From Carcharhinus amblyrhynchos (Eukaryota), in assembly GCA_965287045.1 (NCBI GenBank), contig OZ336885.1:64542001-64606000 (forward strand): a DNA stretch of 64,000 bases, read 5' to 3'. The notes under the pieces were generated by a model. The model searched no databases. It was not told where the DNA came from and saw only the letters and a list, made by a program, of their open reading frames with translations. Of this stretch, positions 54,965 through 64,000 are shown in pieces. Both the position numbers and the translations under genes were made by a program. Every line of letters begins with the position of its first letter. The first letter of the stretch is position 1.

Positions 54965-55930
54965 AACCCAGTTATCTAGGGTCAGTTGCGTAAGTCCAAA
55001 TATCTCCAACTCATTCATCAAAGGCCTTCCCTCCGTTACAAGCTCTGAAGTAGGAAAGTTCGCCACGTTTGAACAATGCTCAACAGCGTTCACAACACCT
55101 CAGATACCAAAGCTGGGCATGTTCAAAAGCAAAATTATCTTAACAATTTCAATGCTTGATCTGGCAAGTGGAATGTCACATTAGCGTCAGACAAATTCCA
55201 GGTAATAACCACCAGCAATAAGAGCTACTCCATCCACCAATACTTGGTGTCCAATTGTCTTACCAATACCGAATCCACGACTGTCAACATCCTTGAGGTC
55301 ACCATTGACGCACTGGACGCTCTAATTAAAAACAGTGCCGACAAGAGCACTTGAGATGCCAGGACGTATTGCATCGAGTAATCTTGAGAATCCTCAAGAC
55401 TATCCACCAGTTGTAAGTCGCAAGTCAGGGATGTGATTGAAAACTCCCAATATGCCCGGGTGGGTGCAACTCCGGAAACACAAAATAAAAGCTTGACGTA
55501 ATCCAGGACAAAGCAGAATGTTTGGCAAGCGCCACATCAACAAACATTCAATCCCTCCGCCACCGACACTCAATCACAGCAGTGCGCAATACCGACAAAA
55601 TACACTGCAGCAATTCATCAAAAATCCGTAGAGAACACCATCCAAATCCACCACCCCTTCCATCAAAAAGGACAAGGACACGGGTAAATGGGAAGACGAC
55701 TATCTATTTTGACACGATACGGTATCTTCCACTCCAAGCAACTCACCGGCCACACTTGGGAATATATCCCTTTTCTTTTTCAGTCACTGGATCAAAATCT
55801 TGGAATTCCCACCCTAAATGCATTGTGGACAAACCACAAAACATAGACACAACGAATGAAGAAGCACGCCACCACATTCTCAAGGCAAACAACACATCGG
55901 CAATAATATCTGCCAGCCACCGGCGCTCAT
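54965..55930 (+). mobile_element. Second, more decayed 3' fragment of the same LINE family
   Basis: ttcatcaaaggccttccctcc, caatccctccgccaccgacactc, ccaaatccaccacccctt match 53530-54400. Confidence 0.8.
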
Positions 55931-56659
55931 TTTTTTTTGTTTGAATTCCTGCGTTTTTAAATGGGACAACATTAGCTAAAATTGGCTTCATTTCACCGAG
56001 AACTAATAGGCCGACAGATAGAATAGTGTGTACATTTTGGTCGAATTTTAAGTGAAAATGTAAATGTGTTTGAACCAGTTCAAGATTATTTGCAGATTAT
56101 TAACTGGTTTGGACGATTTGTGTTATGTATATTTGCATAAATCACAATTGATTCGAACGTGTTGTTAGAATTGCAACAGTGAAATTTTCAGACACATTTA
56201 AGTTCTTGAGCAATTTTGAATGACTGGTGTTGAAGTCACTGGTTCCTTTGTTGTCATAATTTAGAACCACAGGTACCTCTTACAGATGTACAATCGCCTA
56301 TCTATAACAGATTTTTTTTTGTCCGTTGTGACATGGGAAACAGGATGTTAGGAATTCGGAACTGAAGCAGCCAATTCAACTGTTGACGCCGCTGTATCAG
56401 AGTATGTCTAACTTATTCCCGGTCTCAGATCTACACCACTATGTGGTCTCCATGTTTGTTTGTTTTTAACATAAATATACCTATGTCATTCTTGAAACCA
56501 TTTAATGACTCAGGCTTCGGAATACAATTAGGCAGCGAGTTGCAAATTTCACTAACTTCAGCGAGAATTAAGTTCAACTCATCTCAATTCGAAATTTTTC
56601 GCCTCTTAACTGTAAATGTGACTTCTTGCTCTCTCATATTTAAAGAGTTTCTGCAAATA

Positions 56660-58418
56660 CATAAACTGCAAAAGAGTAACAATGGAGAGAGTAGGGCCTT
56701 TAACGACCAACAAAATCATCTTTGTGCCGAACCATAAGAGCTGGGCGATATTCTAAATTAATATTCCTCATCCGTGTTTACTGGTGAGAAAAGCACGGTT
56801 GTTAGGAAGCTTGGGGAAATAAATATTAATGTCTTAAGCAGTGGAAATATGACAAAGAATGGTGTGCTGGAGGTCTTAAAGCGCACCAAGGTAGACAAAT
56901 CCCCAAGACAAAATGGAAGGTATCCCAGGGAGTTGTGGGAGACTAGGGTGGAAATTGCGCGTCCCCTAGCTGTGATATTTGAGTTATCGGTAGTCACAGA
57001 TGAGGTCCCATAAAATTGTGTGGTGGGGGGGCGGGGGGGGCGGCAAATCGCGTGCCTCTCATTTGAAAGGGCTGCGGTGGATAAATTGTTGGAAGACATT
57101 TTGAAAGACAGCATCTACAGGCATTGAGAAACTCAAGAACTGATTTGGGACAGTCAGCATGGCTTTCTGAGTGTAAAATCAGTCTCGCAAATTTAACTGA
57201 ATTTTTGAAGGGGTAGCCAAGAAGGTCGACAAGGGTAGTGCATTTGATATGGTCTACATTGAATTTAGCACGGCCTTTGACAAGTACCGCATGTTCCGTT
57301 GTTGTATCAGGTTAAATATTACGGGATCCCGGATGAGGTATCTAAATGGGTGCAAAATTGGCTTCTTGGCAGATGCCAGAGGATGGTTGTAGAGATTTTA
57401 TTTCAAACTGGAGGCCTGTGACCAGGGATCAGTGCTGGCTCCGCTGTTATATTTCTTATTTATGAATGATTTGGATGAGAATACGGGAGGCACTGTTAGT
57501 ACGTTTGCAGATTAGAGAAAGATTGGTGGTGTATTTTTTGTGAACAAAGTTATCTCCAATTGTAACAGGACTTTGATCAATTGTGCCAGTGGTCTGATGA
57601 ATTGCAGATGCAGTTTAATTTAGACAAATGCGAGGTGACGCGTTTCAGTGGATTGAAGGACAGGTCTTAATCAGTTAATGGTAAGAAGTTGGGGACAGTT
57701 ATAAACAAAATAAAAACAAGGAGCACATGTGCATAGCTCCTTGAATGTGCAGTCTCAGGTGGAAGACTTTCAGCATGTTTGGTCTCATCGATCAGAACAT
57801 TGAATGCAGGAATTGGAATGTCTTGTTGAAGTTATACAATTCATTGGTAAGGCCACACTTGGAATATTGTGTGCAATGCAGAGGACACTATTATAGAAAG
57901 AATATTATTAAACTAGGCAGAGTGCAGAAAACATTTACTAGGATGCTAATGGCACTTGATGAATTGAGTTATAATGAGGAGTTGGATATACTGGAACATT
58001 TTTTTCTCTGAAGTGTCGGAGGCTGAGGGGTGATCTTATAGAGATCTACAAAATAATGAGAGGCACAGATCAGCTTCACAGTCAATATAATTCCCCAAAG
58101 GCAAGGGAGGCTAAAACTGGAGGGCATAGGTTAAAGGTGAGAGGAGAGAGATACAGAAGTATCCAGAGGGGCACTTTTTTTGACGCAGAGGGTGATGAGT
58201 GGCTGAAACAATCTGCCAGAGCTAATTGTCGAGGCGGGTAGAATTCTATATAAAAAAAAAACATTAGGTGGTAACAGGGATACAATGCGTGTAGAAGCAT
58301 ATGGGACAAATGCGGGCAATTGGGATTGATTTGATTGTTAAAATAAAACGGCATGAACAAGTTGGGCCGAAGGGCCTGTTTCCATGCTGTAAATCTCTGT
58401 GTATCTTTGATTCCATAT
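56660..58418 (+). mobile_element. Old CR1 LINE, same subfamily as 28660-32360
   Basis: [17 protein letters not shown], 3' tail gttgggccgaagggcctgtttccatgctgta. Confidence 0.92.
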
Positions 58419-59190
58419 AATTTGTGAATAGTTTACAGCACCATCCAAAAAAAAAATCAACATGAGCGAAATTTATGTGTTATTTGTGTATTGATCAGTG
58501 GCAGGTGGGTACAGAGTTTTGATTAGTATCAGATCAGACACAAACTGATCAAACGATGAAGAATGTGACAGGTGTAGAACGGTTGAATGCTGAAAATTGT
58601 TCCAAAAGTTATTTGTAAAATAATGAGCTCATGCGTCAGTGACGGAAAGCCAACCGCAACTATCAAAAGCTAATTTCAAACGGAACTATTCGATCACTTC
58701 CTTAAAAGGGAAATATATCCCTGTCAAAATGACATAATTTCTGCATGACAACGTTTAATTGTAAACCATCAATAATGACGAAAATATCAGTGAATTTCCA
58801 GGACAGTGAAAAATGTCACTCTCTTATGATTGTGCGTGTTTGCCAGGCAATAATAGGAAAAAAAAACGAAATCTGCATGAGGCAATTTAATTTCATGTCA
58901 TGCAACAGCAGCATCACTTCTGCAGAGGAATTGGCATAATTTCAAAAGCAAACTCTGGTTTCATTCCTTTGAGTGAGAGGATGGGAGACTGTGAATAATC
59001 TATTTGCTTCCTTCAAAATGGCAACGCTTAATAATACGTTTTATGCATTATATGAAATAAGTAAAATTGATGTTCGAATTTAATTTCAAGCAATCCTCAT
59101 TTCTTTTCTTTTTTTTTCCGTTCTGAATTTATTTACAACGTTCAACAAGAAGTTCAATTGACCACATCAGCATCAAGCAGAATCCCTTAC

Positions 59191-59217
59191 TTTCCTCTTT
59201 TTCTGCCGCCACTTTCT
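59191..59217 (-). CDS. 27-nt phase-1 micro-exon of coiled-coil gene, (x)KVAAEKEE
   Basis: tttctcccttgacag|AGAAAGTGGCGGCAGAAAAAGAGGAAA|gtaagg; paralogous to 35721-35747 and 8890-8916 with the same length and splice sites. Confidence 0.8.
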
Positions 59218-60389
59218 CTGTCAAGGGAGAAAGCAAATTCACAAGATTGAATAGTGTGTGTTAATATCGAACTAAAAAAAGAGAGAAAGCACTATATCCT
59301 AACCATTAATGGCTTTTATCCATTGCCAAAAGTGGGGCTGGGCGGAGGACGCTCCAAATGTGTCTTCTTGACTTCCTCCTGGAGGATCACAAAAATAGTT
59401 GTTGCGGCAATTGCTCACAATTTGAAGTTGCCCTGGGTAGTTTTGCTGCGTTGTACCCATCTGAAAACAAAACACACAAAGCGATTCAAATAATTTACTT
59501 TGAAAGATGTGCGCATTGACAGAGTTATTTTGAACAGCACGTAGTTAATAAGAATACGCCTCACCTCTAAAGAACCACTTGAAGGAACACTTTCGATACC
59601 TGCACAGACATCCTTTATCTCCGACAACGGATGAGACTCCCTCAGGCAAGCACAATCCCACACCAAACATGTGATCTAATGATATTGATCGCAATTACCA
59701 TCGATCTGACATTGGCCGTCCCTGCTATTCAACCAAGTTGGGCACACCTCACAACCAAAAACTAAGTAATGTGGAATCTTCTTGACAAAAAAAAGACGCG
59801 ATCTATCCGATTAAACAGAGGTTTATTATGGAATTCAAACTAAATAATACTTATTTCGCACTATCTAGGAATTAGAACAAGGGCAATTAAATGGCAATGA
59901 GTGAAACTTCAATCAAAGTCACATATTCGTTGCCTCATTGCATGACAGTTTTTTTTCTGGGATTATATCATCCTTCGTATTATTGAAAAAGATGTTTCAG
60001 GTTATTTTGATTTGACTTGAAACAATTGCAATTATTATTGTCAAATGCATTTCCATACAGTGAAAATATCGGTTTTTTTTTTGCAAACTATGCACACAAA
60101 CATACTCACAATTAATTAAAAAAGGGTGAAAAAAATGCAAACTTCATGGTGCAACAAATATCAACTTAATATGAGCCAGGTTCATTCAAAAGAATGGTGT
60201 TGGCAAGGATGAATCTGTTTCCAGTGATTTTTCCATCATTCCCCAGACTAAAACAGATGGGGGAAAACATGTCCGGTGGGCATGGGGTTCTTGTTTTTAT
60301 TATTGTTTTTTTTTTTATTTTTGAATCAGCGGGCAGTTTATATATTGTCAATGGGTCGGAGAGTGCTCTAAGTGATATACATCGCTTTG

Positions 60390-61690
60390 TTTACGTCCCT
60401 TTGTAGTTGTTTGCCGCCTTGGCTAGGGAAGAAGGCATACCAAACAGTGATACATCCAGAAAGAATGTTTTCTACGCTGCAGCTGCAAAAGTTGCTGAGA
60501 ACCGGGGAGGCTTTGTCAAGTGGACATTACAAATTTGCTTCGTCTACTGAGAACCTGGAAGCTTCATTAACTGCATTGGGGCGGGGGAATCAGAGCAATT
60601 TTTTTGTAATCTGGGCATCTGAAAACGTTAAGCTTATGACCTTATTACTTCGTCTCCATTAATGTACATAGCGTCACTTCCTCCACCCCGCTTGCCAAAC
60701 TTCATCACTATTTCCACCGTTCTGTTGACACTGAGGGACAAATTATTATCGCTGCATCACTCCAACAGATTCTGCATCTCTTTCCTATATTCCGTCCCGT
60801 CATTGCTTAAAATCCGGCCCAAAGGTTGTTTCAGCAGCAACGTTGTAACTCGAATTTTAGGTCACTTTAGCCGCACAGTCATAGTTGTATGCGGATAATA
60901 GCAAGCGGCGGGGAACAGAACAGTGTTGGGCACGAATGTTCAGGAGGAGGTTTTATTGCCAATCTTTGCTGATTGTGATCTGTGTGTTGGGATGCTAAGA
61001 ATCTAATTAGTAAGGGAGGGAGCAAATTCCCAAGGCTACGGAGTTCGGAGGTTAGTTTCCGAGTGGCAATGGTGTTGAATGCTCAAACGTAGTCAATAAT
61101 AGAGCATGACATAGTTGATTTTGTTATCGTAGTGTACAACCGCTGAGCACCAGGCGCAGGAGGAAATGTCTGCTTCGCGGTGGAAGGCGAACAATAGTGG
61201 ATCCAGGCAATCTGGAAGGTCAGAAGTGATTCAAGCCACGACTACCCTGTGGAAGCGCTGCATTATGATGGGTGACAGAACCAGCAGATTGCAGTCATTT
61301 GGAGCACTGCTTTGATGTTACTTGGTAGATGGATGATGGTCATCGTGTTGAAGCAGATACTGACCTCGGATTGTTGTAAAGAGTGGTTGAAGACGCCCGC
61401 GATTGCCTCTGACTAGAAAACGCTCAGGATCGAATTTCTCCTCCCAATACCACATCCGGGCCAGTCGTTTTTTTTCTTGATTTGATCATCGAGTCGGCTG
61501 CTCTGACATCAACAATGGAGACGTCGGTCAATGGTTCATCCGAGACTTCCGTGATGGATGTCATCTATCGCTGAACTCTTGCTCAAAACAGGCCAAGGAA
61601 ACATTTAGTTCATCAAGGAGATGGCGTGGTGGTTCCAGCGAATTTACGATCTTATAGCCTGTTACACCTGGCAGAACATACCATAAACAT
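60390..61690 (-). mobile_element. Rex1/Babar fragment (block C paralog)
   Basis: tagtggatccaggcaat and cacatccgggccagtc shared with ~39807 and ~21423. Confidence 0.7.
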
Positions 61691-63412
61691 GCAGTATTAT
61701 CTTAATGACTCAAAGTCAAAGGAAATGCGCTCGGATAAATACGGTTTAACATTAGCAAATAATTCTAATGTTTCTGCATTTTGCCAACCATTATCGTGTT
61801 GTTTTGCTTTTATTTTAACACGGCTTACATTTGATCAAATGATTTGAAACGGGGGTGGGGGAGTATTTTATGTCCCACTCCGCCCTCCATCCCCCGCCCC
61901 CATGAATTTATACTCTGCCATCCATCTTAAACGTATTCGCATTTCGGTATCATCTGTCTATTGTGGTCCCTCAGTCCTGTTGTGTTTTGCGAGAAATTCA
62001 ATATTTCAGCTTCAATTTTGATGGATAACACACCTCTTTACTTGAAACACTCTGATCCAACATTGCAGAGTGAAGAACTACGATAAAGCAATTCATTTTC
62101 ATACTACATTCCCACGTTTTCACACAAAAATATATTATTTTATTGATTTGGCGAACTCTGTTGCCTCAGGTATATTTGGTTACAAAGTGAAACTTGCATG
62201 TTGCTCCCTGATACGGCAGCCATCTAGTTAGTTTCTCCAATATCAGTAACTTCAGCACATGTCTCAGTTATAATTGTTTTTGTTTGTTTGTTTTGTTCCC
62301 GATCCTCGAAGTTCATGCTGACGTCCTCTTGGGACTTCAATGACGTTAACCAATTGAGCTAGGTTTTAAAAATTGACGGTTTATCGTGCATCCTGACCGA
62401 GCTTCCGTACCTGTCCAATCATCGTCCAATAATATTCGACTCTGCTTAATTATCAGAATGTTAATCCACGCCATATGCTGCACCACGATTTATTTCCTGG
62501 AATTAAATGCTGTTGAATCAAAATAATGCCCTGTCAACAGTTTGCAAATTATGACCTCCGTTAACACCTCAATGTTGTGTCGCAGACTCTGTTCGAGTAT
62601 GTACAGAATGAGTGCAAACAAGATGCAGAACCTGGCCAAAATTTAAACAACAATCAACAATTTACAGGACCACAACGTTCAAACAATATTTTACTTTGAA
62701 CATTATGACTATCGCATCTGCAACTGCCGCTGTCGTGATTCAGATTTTTTTTTAAATAGCTGATCACCACATTCGCCATAGGCAAATTTAATCTTTCTTT
62801 TTTTTTCATTTCCCGTTTGCTTCATTACATGCAGTTCATGTTTTGCAGATCAAAATAACACGGTGACCCGATCTCCTTCAATTGGAACTGCACCCTGTAT
62901 AAAAATAAACCTTTTTTTTTAATACTCGCCATGCCAATTCTATCACCCCCTTTTGAACGATATTAATCATTCAATACATTCCAGGGGTTGAGCTATGAAA
63001 GCTGTCATTTTTGCCCACCACGTTAACTGCCTCACTATTCCTGACCATGCATAGCCCTTTCTGAGAATTTAGCTGTGGTGGCAACTTCTTAACGACGAAC
63101 ACTAACGATTTCTTGTTAACTGTCGTAAAAAGTTAGTATTTTAAGTGTATATGATCACATTTCGTTAGTTTACTGCTGTGGAGCATCTTTTTTGCAAATC
63201 TCCTATGATACACATTAGTTAAACTAATGATGCCACACAAACAACATGTTTCATTTCAGTTTCGACTGTGCAGCACACTGATCGTTCCGCCATCGACTTC
63301 AGTTGTTTGAATTGTACATTTAACACAACATCACTCATATATCAGTGCAATTAGCAAAACATTTTGAAATCCAACGTGGAGCAGAGCAGGGTGTGAAAAG
63401 GTGTTCATGATT

Positions 63413-63883
63413 GAACATAGAACATAAGAACATAAGAATTAGGAGCAGGAGTAGGCCATCTAGCCCTTCGAGCCTGCCCCGCCATTCAATAAGATCATGG
63501 CTGATCTGTCGTGGCTCAGTTGCGATGGAAAGGTGGTAGGAATGGAGGGTCTTAATGACATTACTGTTACTAGAGAGGTGGTGCTCGACAGACTGGAGGG
63601 GCTGATTGTGGACAAGTCCCCAGGACCGGATGGAATGCATCCGAGGGTTCTGAAAGAAATGGCGGAGGTGATAGTGGATGCCTTGGTGGTTATTTTCCAG
63701 ACGTCGCTGGATTCCGGGGAAGTGCCGGAAGATTGGAAAACGGCTAATGTTACGCCGTTGTTTAAGAAGGGTGCCAGGCAAAAGGCGGGGAATTATAGGC
63801 CGGTTAGTTTAACGTCTGTGGTAGGTAAAATGTTAGAATCCATCATTAAGCAGGAAATTGCGAGGCATCTTGAAGGGAAATTG
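63413..63883 (-). mobile_element. Young CR1 with inverted 5' part (minus-strand tail 63413-63521 plus plus-strand ORF2 piece 63524-63883)
   Basis: Both halves are near-identical to parts of the 30166-32030 copy (31929-32030 reversed; ~30356-30714 direct). Confidence 0.92.
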
Positions 63884-64000
63884 GTTACATAATGTGACAG
63901 GCATAGCTGTCATAATGTATTCCAAGCGAAGAAGTCAACAATAGATGATGTTGCAGAGCGAGACATGATGTTTCACGCATAAAGTTGGTGCCCGAGTAAA

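Larger units (their letters stand above)
50900..63400. repeat. Ancient paralogous block C, collinear with ~1650-2460, 4700-6240/8150-9450 and 20400-21830
   Basis: ctcagccccttgccat (~1843/~51206), tcttgg..tc.c (~2159/~54650), atcaaacgatgaaga (~5603/~58548), 27-nt exon, Rex fragment. Confidence 0.8.

Noticed and set aside
1-64000. Prokaryotic-type systems (CRISPR, operons), endogenous virus, rRNA or tRNA genes
   Set aside because: No short repeat-spacer array, no long non-TE ORF and no recognisable structural RNA; tRNA-like boxes belong to SINEs.

Overview
AT-rich vertebrate genomic DNA, most likely from a cartilaginous fish (inferred from the CR1 LINE families and HE1-like SINEs). Much of it is decayed transposons (CR1, a second CR1/L2-type LINE, Rex1/Babar, Tx1, Penelope, probable Gypsy, SINEs), and none of the listed ORFs is a real host gene. 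The main signal is invisible to the ORF track: a minus-strand host gene represented only by symmetric phase-1 micro-exons (27, 36, 27, 36, 18, [27 dead], 18, 18, 18, 27, 66, 66 nt). They have canonical AG/GT sites and splice without a stop into a Lys/Glu-rich peptide whose first part is in continuous heptad (coiled-coil) register. The exons were multiplied by nested duplications: three ancient large paralogous blocks, a 2.5 kb tandem duplication, and a six-unit 0.9-2.0 kb tandem array with one micro-exon per unit. The gene's 5' exons lie outside the window and its 3' end probably does too, so its identity (butyrophilin/BG-like tail versus type II C-type lectin stalk) is inference only. All alignments were done by eye; TE boundaries are approximate.
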